Under the pieces are notes generated by a model, which made no database searches, had not been told where the DNA came from, and was given only the letters and a program-made list of their open reading frames with translations. A DNA stretch of 64,000 nt from the NCBI RefSeq assembly GCF_009914755.1, contig NC_060937.1; one strand, written 5' to 3'. Below, piece by piece: positions 1 through 13,250 of the stretch (within the stretch, counting starts at the first letter, position 1; every line of letters starts with the position of its first letter). The translations under genes were made by a program, and so were the position numbers. Origin of the DNA: the human T2T-CHM13v2.0 reference genome, Homo sapiens.

Positions 1-452
1 TATTGTGGCACTGTTCACAATAGCAAAGACTTGGAACCAACCCAAACGCCCATCAATGATAGACTGGATAAAGAAAATGTGGCACATATACACCATGGAA
101 TACTATGCAGCCATAAAAAAGGATGAATTCATGTCCTTTGCAGGGACATGGATGAAGCTGGAAACCGTCATTCTCAGCAAACTAACACAAGGACAGAAAA
201 CCAAACACCACATGTTCTCACTCATAAGTGGGAGCTGAACAATGAAAACACATGGACATAGGGAGGGGAACATCACACACCAGGGCCTGTCAGAGGGTGG
301 GGGGCTAGGGGAGGGATAGCATTAGGAGAAATACCTAATGTAGATGATGGGTTGATGGGTGCAGCAAAACCACCATGGCATATGTATACCTATGTAACAA
401 ACCTGCACGTTATGCACTTGTACCCCAGAACTTAAAGTATAACAAAAAAAAA
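1..452 (+). mobile_element. L1PA (L1PA7/8-like) 3' end: ORF2 C-terminus, 3'UTR and poly(A)
   Basis: ORF 5..238 reads as the L1 ORF2 C-terminus (KTWNQPK..WIKKMWHIYTMEYYAAIKKDEFMSFAGTWMKLETVILSKL). The 3'UTR ends CCCCAGAACTTAAAGTATAAC followed by an A-run. Confidence 0.95.
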
Positions 453-660
453 TGATGCAATGGACTTTGGGGACCTGGGGGAAAGTGTGGAGAAGACGAG
501 GGATAATAGACCACAAATAGGGTGCAGTATATACTGCTTGGGTGATGGGTACACCAGAATCTCACAAATCACCACTAAAGAACTTACTCATTTAATCAAA
601 TACCTCCTGTACCCCAATAACATGAAAAATAAAACGAATTAAAAAATGGAAAAAAAGTAA
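453..660 (+). mobile_element. L1PB-type 3'UTR end, apparently interrupted by the upstream L1PA
   Basis: ATGGACTTTGGGGAC...GGGTGATGGGTACACCAGAATCTCACAAATCACCACTAAAGAACTTACTCAT matches the L1PB 3' terminus. An A-rich tail follows. Confidence 0.85.
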
Positions 661-1025
661 AATCATTGGCTGATCTAAAAAAAGCAACGTTAAAAAATTA
701 AAAATAAATAAAAATAAAAATCTGAGAGAACACTTCTCAACTCATCCTGTGAGGCCAGTATTATCCTGACACCCAAACTAAAGACATCATAAGTAAAAAA
801 GCACAATATTGTTTATGAATATAGATGCAAACCTTTTTAATAGTAGCAAACCATACCCCCCAACATACAAAAAGATTATAAAACATGACCAAGTGTAATT
901 ATCCCAGAAATAAAAGGTTGGTTTCCCATCTGAAAATCAATTAGGGTAATACATCATATTAATAGGATATAGGACAAAAACCGCATGATCGTCTCCATAG
1001 ACACAAAAGCATATCTATCTCCAAA

Positions 1026-1213
1026 ATTCTAAAATTTATATGGAACCACAAAAGACCCAAAATAGCCAAAGCTATCTGAAGCAAAAGAACAAAACTGGAG
1101 GAATCACACTACCTGACTTTACGTTACACTACAGAGCTATAGTAACCAAAACAACATGGTACTGGCATAAAAACAGACTCATAGACCAATGTAACAGTAT
1201 GGAGAAGCCAGAA
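1026..1213 (+). mobile_element. Inserted L1MA-like internal ORF2 fragment
   Basis: ORF 1040..1231 contains [31 protein letters not shown], a more downstream ORF2 segment sitting out of order in the host. Confidence 0.85.
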
Positions 1214-2214
1214 TCCAACACTCTTTCATGATCAAAAAAAGAAAACACTTTAAAAACCAAACATGCAAGGGAACACTCTCAATCTAATAAAGGGTATCTA
1301 TGAAGAAAAACACAACTAACATAATAATCAATAGTATGAAAGATTAAACATATTCTCGCAAATCAAGGACAAAACAGAAATTTTTGTTCTCATCATTTTC
1401 ATTTAACATTGTACTATGGGTTCTAGCCAGAAAAATTAGACAAGAGAAGTAAAAGACATACAGAGCAGTAATGAAGACAGATTAGAAAGGAAGATATAAA
1501 TTTATCTCTATTCACAGTTGGCATATTTTTATATTAAAAAATCTTAAGGATTACAGTAAAAAACTATTAGAATTAATAAGTTTAGCAAGGTTACATGGTA
1601 CAAGATCAATATGCAAAAATCAATTGTATTTTTTTCACACTAGCAATTAACAACTTAAAAATGGAATTAAGAAATCAATTCCAGTTTCAATAGCACCAAA
1701 AAGAAGAAAATACCTATGGAGAAGATATTTATAAAACACAAATATCAGATAAGACTGCTATCCAGAAAATGTAAAGAGCTTTTACAAGTCAATATCAAGA
1801 AAAAAAAATCTGACTTTTTAACAATGGGTAATAAATTGGAAGAAACATTTCATCAAATAAATTACACAAATGGAACAGTCATCATTCAGGGCACATCATA
1901 AGTCAATAGGGAAGTGCAATTTACAACTACAATGAGAAACCACCACACCTACTAGAACAGCTGAAATTACGATGAATGCAGTACCAAGTGTTGGCAGGGA
2001 ACGGGGGCAACTGAAACTCTCATACATTGCTTGTGGGAAAGCAAACGGTACAGCTACTTTAGGAAACAATTTGAACATTTTTTTATCATCAGATACCTGC
2101 CATATATCCCATCAATCTTCATCCTAGATATTTGTCCAAGGAAAACAGAAGCATGCATTGAAGTAAAAATAGCCTAGGTGTCAATCATCAGGGTAAAGAA
2201 TAAACAAATTGTGA

Positions 2215-2582
2215 GATATATAAATATATATACACCATATATATATATATATTCCAGATATATATATATTCCAGATATAAATATATTCCAGATATATATA
2301 TATTCCAGATATAAATATATTCCAGATATATATATATTCCAGATATATATATTCCAGATATATATATATTCCAGATATATATATTCCAGATATATATATA
2401 TTCCAGATATATATATATTCCAGATATATATATATTCCAGATATATATATATTCCAGATATATATATCATTGTTTCCATTGAGATATACATATATTTCCA
2501 TTGATATATATATATCCATTGATATATATATTCCATTGATATATATATATTCCATTGATATATTCCATTTATATATATATCA
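2215..2582. repeat. AT-rich VNTR: 13 TTCCAGA(TA)n units followed by about 6 TTCCATTGA(TA)n-type units
   Basis: Read directly from the sequence. The period is about 15-17 bp. Confidence 0.95.
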
Positions 2583-4299
2583 ATAGAATATCATTCAGCA
2601 ATTGAAAGAATAAACTACTGACATAAGCAATGACATGGATAAAGTTCAAAAATATGCTAAGTGAAAGAAGCCAGACAAAAAGGATTGCACTGTAGTTGTA
2701 GAGAGACCAGGGGCTGCTAGTCAGGAGCCACATGTAGACGGAAGGCATTAGCTGCAAATGTACATGTGGGAAATACTGGGATGAGGAAAATGTTCTATAT
2801 CATAATTATGGCAGTAATTACACATTTGTCAATTAACTTATCAAACAAAGTAGATAAATTTTATGTTATCACATTATACTTCAATAATGATGAAAATAAG
2901 CACATTATCTTACAGGCATGTCTTATGTCTAAATCAAAGAAAAATATTAATTGAAACCTTAAAATGTATTTAAACTTTAGTACAAAATAATAACAGTAAT
3001 TGATATATAAAATTTATTTCTACTGGATTATAATGTTCATATCTGATTAACTCACCACATAATTTTGTTTTTGCTTTTTAAAATAAAAATTACTTGGTTA
3101 TTTCTCTAATCCATCATTAAACAATATATACATCCCTTATTGTTTTTCCCAATTTAAATAATGAAAATTAAAACAGAAGTCGAGATGAGTATCGACTTGC
3201 ATTTATTTTTTAGAAAGCAGTGGAAGACATTAAAAATTGATTTCTGAAATTCAGTGTGAACTTTATTATTTTCCTTTGCGAATGTTTTAACACATTTTTT
3301 AACTTGTCCTTTTGTAAAGGTATAAAAGTACATTGAAAATCTGTTTATAAAGGAATAGCTTCTTTAAGTATATTCACTTTTCAACTCACTTCATCTTTAT
3401 AAATACCCTATCATCTCTAAACACACACACACTCCACATACATACACAATTAAAGTCTAAATTTATCTTCAAGGGTAAATTTGGTAAGTTTTATTCATTG
3501 TTTTTGAAGCTTCAATAATTACCTGGAAACTTAAAATCACCTCAATAGAGAATTAAGGTTTCAAGAAAAATCTCTACTGAATATTCCATAAGATAAAGTA
3601 TTCCTGTGTAAATTAATAGTTCAATTAATAACTTATTTTTTTTCTGAAGTGGAAAACTTACTGCTCCAGGAATTGCACCTCCATCTAGTCAAAAGAATGC
3701 AAAAACAATCTTTTCCTTTTCTAGGAAATTAATTGCTCCATATTTTCAATGTTTGTAAGGTCGTGGCTGATAATCTATGAATATTCTGAGTACATAGGAT
3801 CTAAATAGATTTGGTAGGTGAAATAGGCATAATTTGTGACTTATGGGCTTCTAAATTTCACATGCTTCACCCCTTAAAATCTAGATTTCCACTGTATTTT
3901 TAGTACATCTCCCCTCAACAAATAATTATTTACCATTGTTTTCCTTGAAATATTGAAATCACCTTTGAAATGTGTTTCCTAGACAAAATAAAATTGGCAA
4001 GGCATTATTAGCCACTAATAGCCAAATAAAAATTTGTTTATAAAGATTAGCATCCACAAAAATCTTCAGTGCACAAAACAAGATACAGGATGAAGGAAAC
4101 AGACAGCAATGTAACTGATGACCCAAACCTTTGCATTTTGGCTTCTTTCCCAAATAGCCTACTCTATTTCTTAATAATGATGTGTGTTTTTCAACATTAA
4201 TCCTCATGCTCCTTTCAAAGCCTTCCCTCTTTCAACAACCCTCCACCCCACTGCTGCTCCTTAAGAATTCCACACCATTTGGAATTGTCAGCCAATCTT

Positions 4300-5437
4300 G
4301 TTTTTAAATTTGCATTTCTTATTGCAGCTATTATTTCTGATATTCTTTCTCAGTCTTCGACCATTTCTCTTTCCTTACTTGTTCCTAATCCTATTGTTGC
4401 TTAAAAAAAAAAAAAAAGTAGGCATTGCCCAAGGTTTTGTCCACAACTTGCTAGCTTTCTCTAAATCTACCTTGTGTAGCCTGATCATTTTAACACTGTG
4501 ACTATCATACGATGTGAATGACTCCAAAATGTATAGTTCCCAAGATAACCATTCTTTCTTGTTGTATTATGATATTTCCTACCACCTGTAAGACATTTAT
4601 ATCTTGAAGTACCACAGGTTATTTCAAATTCTTCATGTAAAAATGAAAGTTAATAATTTCTGTAGTCCCTGATCCTGAATATTTTTCTTTTTTCCCTCCA
4701 TTATACCACAATTCCTCTGAGCATTCATACTCAAAATCCTAGCATTAAAGTTCCTTTCTCACAATCTGTCACTAAGTCCCATGGAAGTGATGCCACTTTT
4801 ATCCTCTCTCATTCCATTTCTAGGACCACTTTCCCCTTTCAAGTACTCATCTGAACTGTTGTATTAGCGTTCTGGCTTGTATTTCTACATCCAGCTTCCT
4901 TAATCTACAATCAAAACAGTACATAGTCACAAGATTAAATCTCTACTTGTGATATTCATCAAAAAGAATGCAGTGGCATCCTGTTTTTAATGAATAAAGT
5001 GCTAGCTTCCTTATTGGACATTAGGGGATATTCAATATTGGGTTCCCATCTAAGTTCTTAGCCTTGTCTCATTCTACTCATCCATCTTCATCACAACCAA
5101 CCTGGGTAACTCAAATCTTTGAGGATATTGATATCCAATCCTTCGTACTATTGCAAGCATGGGTTCTTGTAGTTGAAATCCTACCCTTATTTGCAGATTT
5201 AATTTAAATGGGACTTTCTTCATGAAACTTCCCTTATTCTCCAACCAGAAAGGGTCTCTCCCAGCACAAATAACACACTTTTCATAGATATTTACAGCAA
5301 TACCTTCTGCGCCAGAGGATTTGTGTGTCTAATCTTCACTACTATTTTACAAGCTTCTGAAGGTAGATAATCTTATTTTTGTGCCTCCTATCTAGGTAAT
5401 AACATAGATGATCAATAAATTAACTGTTTAAGTAAAT
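4300..5437 (+). mobile_element. L2 element (RT remnant to 3' end)
   Basis: TTGCCCAAGGTTTTGTCC...GAATGACTCCAAAATGTATAGTTCC resembles the L2 RT PQGSVL..YADD region. The 3' end is CATAGATGATCAATAAATTAACTGTTTAAG. Confidence 0.7.
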
Positions 5438-5959
5438 CACTAAAGAGGCCAAGAGGATCTGTGATAGTAAGTAATCAATACAAAAGACTGGAGTTACTTA
5501 TATAATAGCAACAAATCATACTATGTGTCTAACATGCTAACAGCAGTGCTCTAGGAGCTGTTAAACAAATTTTAACAAAATAATTTGAAGTGACTGATTA
5601 TGGTACACTAGATGAGATCTTATCATTCTTGCGGATCTGATATTTTATAATTCTGTGAAATGCCAGCAATGCTATTTGGTAGATAAAAGGAAAAAATACA
5701 TATGACATTAGGCTCTCCCTTCCTCAAAAATTTGTCCACAATTTCCATAAAGTTCATTTTGTGAATAATTCTCAAGTGTGTAAAGTGCACTTGAGATTTC
5801 CAAATGAGACCACCAGAAACATTCACCCAGTTTATAAGAATTTTCAGTTTACTTCTTTTTCCAGTTTTGCTTATACAAATGATGAGAGGGAGTAAAAGTA
5901 CAAGAGCCAGGCTGAGTTCATCTAATGGAAGACTTATGGTACCTTGTGGGAAGCAGAAA

Positions 5960-6197
5960 GTGTTGCTTAAATTTAGGTGCTCTGAAGTTAGACTGCCTGG
6001 CTTCTAATAGATGATTCAGTATTACCTAGCTTTATGGCAATGGTCAGGTTACTTCGTGTTTCCAAGCCTCAATTCGGTAAGATAGGAGTAACAAGAGAAC
6101 CCATGATGTTGACAGGAATATTAAATAAGTTAACAATACTAAGGACTTAGCATGCTACCTGGCATATAGTATGCCTTAAAAATTCTCACCTATTATT
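5960..6197 (+). mobile_element. MIR SINE
   Basis: CTCTGAAGTTAGACTGCCTGG...GGTTACTT...AGCCTCAATT...CTTAGCATGCTACCTGGCATATAGTA follows the MIR core and 3' end. Confidence 0.75.
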
Positions 6198-7970
6198 TTT
6201 TCAGTTTTCTTTTTTGTGTGCTAATTTGTCTGTTTACTTTTTATAATTACCAAAATACAGATATGTGAAAATTAAGAAGAGAAAGGTCTCTGAAAACCTA
6301 ATCAATCTTGAGAAAATCATGCTAAAATTCTGGCATGTATTATTTCCTTTCCTATTTTGTCTGCATCTTTAAAAAATATCTGTCACTGTCTCTCTGGTAA
6401 CAACTCACTGTAAAGTCCAGATGTTCAAAGAAAATATAAACTCGATTATTCTATACAATGAATCTAGTCTGGTCTTCTTCATGCCCCTTCACCAGTTGGT
6501 TTGTAGGAATAAAACAAGTAATGTTCAATCTGATGTACAGCTTAGTCTCGTTCCATACTTTAAGTAGGTTTGCCTTTTGCTTTAGCAGTTTTGAACATCC
6601 CTCAGTACATGTAATCTGTGCTCAGACTCTCCTAGGAAAAAAATAATGCTCATTCACTCAGTTTTCTCAGGTTTCACTTCTCCCAACCCAGCTTAGGTCC
6701 AAGATGGAATTTTTATATGAGGATTTGGAGGGAGAAGGGTGGTTTTGATACACTCCTCACAGTGTAGAGAAGTGTGAAGGTTATCCGGCTTCTACCTCCT
6801 CTGGCCTCTTGTCATGTTCCTTGCCCAGTCAGATGCTGCTTGCCCTGCTGGCATTTGTGAATAATGTTTGTGGCTGGTGAGATTATGATTGACTCCTATG
6901 TCTTGGACAGTTCTCAGGGATCGTCAGTATCATCTGCATTTGCTTCATTTTCAGAGGCTACATATTTATATTATAGCATGTATGTTGACTCTCATTTAAT
7001 CTCTGATGATTGTTTGTATATAGAAAAGTTAATGGTTTTGTAATAATTTAAAATCTCATTAAACTCTATTATTATGTACATAACAGTTTTATTTTTAGTT
7101 TATTTTCTTGGATTTCCACCAAGACTGTTAGTATAGCTTTTACCGAGAGGATCCTAGAGCCAGCAGGAGTATCAGGTGAATAGGTCTTTTATTGCCTTTT
7201 TTATTCTAGGATAGAAAGTGGGATCTGGCAGAGTTGAACCTCAGATTCTGAGAAAGTAACCCCAGATCTTGAGCTATAAATCTTTAAACTGCAATGCTTA
7301 AGGAGATACCAGCTTGTCTAATGGTAGGATAAATATACTGGAAATCAAGCTTTGAAGCTGCAGCTGACAGTGAACCTGTGACCATCACCACAGACATATC
7401 TGCTTTCCATAGACCTTTCTAGGATCCTGCAGGTAATCAGCCTTAATTGTTACCTCTCACATAACGTCTGAAAATAATTTTTTTTCTTTCTTGTTTTAAA
7501 CATTTTTGCCTCTTCCTTTGTGTGTTGCTTAATTGGATTGGCTAGTATCTGCAAGAAAATGTGGGAAAAAAAAAAAAACAACGGTGCTAGGGCAATAATT
7601 TTCTCATTTCTAAAACTGTCATCACTGATCACCTGAGAATCATATACATTGATATAATTGCTCTCTCTGTGTCTATATTTGTATATTTATAAATTGACTT
7701 TCATATGTTTCCCAAATGAATTTATCTGATTGTTTTTCCCAGGTGATATTTAACTTACTGCTTTATCATTTCTATTTCCTACAAACTGGAAATTAGATTT
7801 AGAGGCTTAAAAAAGGCTTCTGAAGTATTGTTTGAAGTTTTTGAGGTTTTTTTTTAATTAATTTGAGGTGTTTGGCGTTTTTACTAAATAATAAATACAA
7901 GGAGTTTTATCAGGAACAAAGATGGAATTATATCAAAGGCTTTTCCTATCAGAATAATTATATAGTTTTT

Positions 7971-8032
7971 ATCTTTGAATTTAACTATAAGAAATTATAG
8001 TTAATCTTTGAATTTAACTATAAGAAATTATA
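7971..8032. repeat. 29-bp direct duplication (period 33) with an embedded perfect hairpin
   Basis: ATCTTTGAATTTAACTATAAGAAATTATA occurs at 7971-7999 and again at 8004-8032. Confidence 0.95.
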
Positions 8033-8771
8033 CTATGTGTCATAGTCACATAGTGTCATGACAAGAAATAGAAAGCAGAACTTTCTTTTGGCTCTTTTGG
8101 CTCTTTTGATGGGATTGTTTATTTCCCATAAACATCAGATGTTACATGTTGGGTTTAACAAAGTTTAACCATTGCAATTATCAGAACCTGGTGATTTTTT
8201 TTTTTTTAGGTATAGTTCTTAGACAATCTCATGAGTTTTGACCTCTGCTTACTTATATTTTTGTATTTTATGTTTTCTTTCCCTTCTTTGGCCCATTTTA
8301 AATAGTGTAATTTTCATAATATAGTTTATCTATCTAGATTTATTAATTTATTAATATAGAATTAAGAGAAACAGTAAAATATTCTCTTAAAATTCTTTAA
8401 CTTCATCAGCATTTATTTTTTCATTTCTCATATCTAATGTTTTCCTGATTGTGCTGCATTTTCTTTTCCTTTGAATGGGAAAGTCAGTGATTCAATTATT
8501 TTTCCCCAAGAAGGGGCTGTGAGCAATCATACCATTTTTCTGTTCCTAATTCATATATTTACCTTTTAATTTTCATTAGTTTTGTTCTTTGTGTTCCCAG
8601 AATTGTTTTATGTAACTTATGAATGTGAATATTTCACTTGAAATTTCATTTATTTTTTGAAGTAAAAAAAAAATTTGAGATCTTCTTATTGTCATTATTT
8701 TAAAAATACTCCTCAACTGTGATCCATAAGCTCCTTTTGCCCCAAGAGTTTGTCAGAAAATAATGTTATTA

Positions 8772-9076
<305 letters not shown>

Positions 9077-10339
9077 TAGTCAAATACTTTAGGGGTTTTT
9101 GTTTCTAAATTTAGCATTTATTTTTCTCAGTATTAAATTGTGGTTTCAGAACATGACCTGAAGTACTTTTCTTCTTTGGAATTGAGTATTTCTCTTTGGC
9201 TGCTGTGTGAATACATTTTTGTAAAATGTTCCAGGGGCTGTTTAAAAATAAAATTTTGTTTGCAGATTATAGCTTTTAATATATTATTTATTGAATAGAA
9301 TATATTTATATTTCACTATATTTAGACTACTATGTAGGGACAACTTTTACACACATAATATTCCAAGGACAAAATCTGATTTCTTAATTTTTTCCCTCCT
9401 GTTGCTGTTGCATATGTTTCTCATTTCAGTTTCTGCAATGTTTTTTTCAGGTATTCTGATGTCAGGTTAGTTGTTACATAAAGGCTTATTAAGAAATTGT
9501 TTAGTTTATAATTTTAAAGGAATTCTATTTTCATTTAATATTTTCAAAATTGTATCTTATGTAATTTTGATAAATTCTCCCTTCTTTTTATTTACATTTG
9601 CTGATTGTGTCTTTACCCACTATTTTAAGTTTTCTGAGTCACTTTGAACGTTTTATTAACATGGATTTGGATTTACTTATGAGCCCATATGGGATTATTG
9701 TGCATTTAATAGATAAAGTCCTTCCACTTGCATTTTCAGTTATGGTTTGTTTTTATTGCCCACAGGAGGAAAGACCGTTTTTAATATTGTTAGAGACTAT
9801 GTTTATACTTTTAAATGACTGAGTTAGGTGCCTATATATTAATATACCATCTTCAGAAAAATTATCCAGAGAGGTAATCCTCTGCAAGAAACAGAACTGA
9901 ATGAAAGTCAGCACACTGCCTGTCTTTCCTGCAACTTTCTAGTCCCAGCTCTTGTGGCTGTATTTGAAGTTTTGTCTTAGTCTGGTATTTTCAAACCCTA
10001 AGTATCTTAAGATGTATTTCAAGAATCATCCTTTTTGCAACAGTATTAACCACATAATTACAGAATGTATTCACATTATTTATTTTTTAAAAGAATTTTG
10101 TGCTTGCCTTTGGTGTTTCTACCCATGAACATTCCTATTTGTGAGTTATATTTTTAATGTACTTTAGGAATATGTAACATATTCCACTATTCTGAACTTC
10201 AAAAATCAAGTTCATGTAGCAAAAGTCTGACCTTTACCCCTGGCCCCTGAGTCAGTTCTTTTCTTCACAGATAATAGGATGAGTTGTATGTGTGAGTGAG
10301 CGGGGGGTGTATACTTCCAAGGATAATGTATCCCTGTGG

Positions 10340-10415
10340 AGACTCCTCCACAAACTGGTTGTGTGATGGGAGTCAAGTTACTTAACCTATCTGAGCTTCA
10401 GTTTTTTTCATCCTT
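10340..10415 (+). mobile_element. MIR core fragment
   Basis: TGTGTGATGGGAGTCAAGTTACTTAACCTATCTGAGCTTCAGTTTTTTTCATC. Confidence 0.7.
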
Positions 10416-10515
10416 TCATAAAGAACCCTTCATTTCATCAGCAAACATTTAGTGTCAGCGTGTCTCTTTCTGACGTCATTCTATTAGCTTACCTTTAAAA
10501 AAATTGGTATTGCAT

Positions 10516-10881
10516 TGTATTCGTCTAGTTCTCATGCTGCTAATAAAGACATACTGTGACTAGGTAATTTATAACAAAAAGAGACTTAATTGACTCACAG
10601 TTCCACATGGCTGGGGAGGCCTCACAATCATGGTATAAGACGAACGAAGAACAAAGGACCTTCTTACGTGGCGGCGGCCATGAGAGAGAGTCAAGCGAAA
10701 GGGGAAACCCTTATAAAAACATCAGATCTCGTGAGACTTACTTACTACCTTGAGAACAGTATGGGGGAAACTGCTCCCATGAATCAATTATCTCCCACCG
10801 GGTCCTTCCCACAACAGGTGGGAATTGTGGGAGCTACAATTCAAAATGAGAATCAGGTGGGGGCACAGCCAAATCATATCA
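10516..10881 (-). mobile_element. THE1 (THE1B-like) MaLR solo LTR
   Basis: Termini are TGTATT...CATATCA. There is a perfect 5-bp TSD TGCAT at 10511-10515 and 10882-10886. Confidence 0.95.
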
Positions 10882-12750
10882 TGCATTAAATGTGTAGATT
10901 AATTTAGTGATAATTGACATATTTATGGTTTTATTCTTCCAATCCAAGTACTTGCTATTTCTCCTTATTCAAGAAAGTTTTACCAAAAAATGTAATCACA
11001 TATTAGCCAAATAAAAATATTCATTTAATTCCAAAGAGAAAAAGTACTTCAGTTTATATTCTGAAAACAGTTAAGTAAAGTGAAAAATAAATGCCACATT
11101 TAGAAACGAAGAGCCCAAATCTTGTGCTGGGTGCTGAAGGTAAAGCAGTGAACAAGACTGGTATATTGCTTACGGTCTAGGGAAAGGAGTGACGGTACCT
11201 GCCTTACAGGGAGATTTTGACAAGAGTGGATAGGAAGTGCTTTCTAAGTATTAGTCAACTATCACATATACATTCTTCATTCATTCTTTTTTTACACCAG
11301 TAATGCCTCAATGTTATACATCTTGTTGTATTTTCTTTTTAAATCAGGTGGTCTTTCCATACCCCCACATAAAGACTTTTCTCGTTATGCTTTATAGCTA
11401 TAGTATCCATAGTGTGATGTACGATAATTTCATTACCTAGTTCTCTACTGATAAACATTTTGATGTTTTTGTAATATTTTGCTATTAAAAAAGGATAGCT
11501 GCAATGAATAATCCTTTCACTTGATACATAATAGAATACGTTGCAGAGGTGGGATTGCTGGGTATTAAGGTATGCGCTGTGTAATTTTCATAGACCTTAT
11601 CCCTCACAGGGATTATGCTAATTTATATTCTCACAAGCAAAAAACCAGAGTAGCTTTTCTTCTCACCCTCATCCACAGATTAACTATTAACCTTTTGTAT
11701 CCTTGGTAACCTGAAATGTGACAAATAGTATCTCACTGTAGATTTATTCTTTATTTCTCTTATTAAAGAGATAGTTTGGTTTAGAATCTCTCCCCATATC
11801 AAAAATTCAAATTGTCTTTTCTTTGCTATCTTTTTATAATACTTTGAATTTTTTTCTATTTATTTGTTGGTCCCTATTTTTCCAATTCGTAGAAGTGTTC
11901 TATATATTAAGGAAATTAGACTTTGTCTCAGTTACAAATAGCTTTTACCAAACTTGAGGTTAGAACTGAGTTTTGATGAATTTTGTCTTTCTTTTTCATT
12001 GGCATTATTATGTTTAAGTAGTAGAAAGTTTATATCATTTCCCTTATGGCTTCTGGGATTTTCATTATTATTAGAAAGGCCTTCCCTATTCTGAGATTAC
12101 AACATTTTTAACAATGATTTCTATACTACTTCTATAGCTTTATTTCTATTTTTTTATTCATTGAAATATACCCTGATATGAAATGAGACGTGGAAGAAAA
12201 CTTTAGTCCAGATTACAACCAAAATGTCATAACGTGATTTCGTTTTAATAAACAATCTTTTCATTACTGTCTAAAATGCTGTCTTTTTCATTTTGTAAAT
12301 TTCCATATGCATTTGGGCCTATTTCTGGAATTTTAATTTGATTCTATTGATGTGTTTATTCATAAGCAATATCATACTGCTTTAATTATTGAGGCCTAAT
12401 AATATTCTTTAAGATCTAGTAACACCCCCATTACTCTTCAGAATTTCCCTGGTTATTCCCGCTTGTTTTTGTTTCCATATGTATTTTGCAATCAGCTTTT
12501 CTCTTTCCAACATCATTCGATTAGCTTGCTTTTTTAAAAAATGGGATTGCATTAAATGTGTAGATTAATTCAGGAATAATTGACATATTTATGATTTTGT
12601 TTCTTTCAATCCAAGTACTAGGTATTTCTCCTTGTTCAAGAAAGTAGTATGCCTTTCCATTTGTTCAAGAATTCTTCTGTGGCTCTCTGAATCATCTCAA
12701 AATTTTCTTGTAAAAAACATTGCCCTTTTATTGTCAAATTTATTACTAAA

Positions 12751-13250
12751 TGAGGTAGGCAGATGCCCTCCCCACTAAGGATGTTCACCTCTTAAAGCTC
12801 AGAAACTATGAGTATATTAGGAGGTTCCATGGAAAAGAGAATTGAGATTGCAGATGGAATTAAAATCACTAATCAGCTGACTTTGAGATATAGAGATTAT
12901 CCTGAATTATTCAGGTGAGCCCAGTATAATCACAAGGCTACTTACAAGTTGCACTTGCAGAAAAGAGAGTTACTAGTACAAAAAGAACTTAGTCTGAAGT
13001 GGGTTTGAAGAGTGAGGAAAGGGCTGTGAGCCAGGTAGTGTGGGCAGTCTGCTTAGAAACTGTAAAAGACAAGGAATGTGTTTTCCCCCAGAGCTTCCAG
13101 AAGGAATGCAGTCCAGCTGACACTTTGATTTTAGTTCAGTGAAAATTATTTTGGACTCCCAACATCCAGAACTGTGAGATAATTAATTTATGTTGTTTTA
13201 ACCCCTATATTTGTGACAATTTTTTTCAGCAGCCATAAAAAAGTAATATA
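12751..13250 (+). mobile_element. MLT1D-like MaLR LTR
   Basis: TGCAGATGGAATTAAAATCACTAATCAGCTGACTTTGAGATA..GAGATTATCCTG; CCCCAGAGCTTCCAGAAGGAATGCAG; CCAGAACTGTGAGATAAT. Confidence 0.88.

Larger units (their letters stand above)
722..2900 (+). mobile_element. Ancient L1M: degenerate ORF2 RT region and 3' end with internal deletion; contains an inserted L1 piece and a VNTR
   Basis: GAGGCCAGTATTATCCTGACACC, CATGACCAAGTG, TTTAACATTGTACT...CTAGCCAG and ATGCTAAGTGAAAGAAGCCAGACA are recognisable L1 ORF2/3'UTR motifs, with many frameshifts. Confidence 0.85.

Noticed and set aside
2252-2460. Regularly spaced repeats superficially like a CRISPR array
   Set aside because: The spacers are (TA)n rather than unique, there are no cas genes, and the context is primate DNA.
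2174-2555. Three overlapping 108-124 aa Ile/Tyr-rich ORFs
   Set aside because: Artefact of the stop-poor VNTR.
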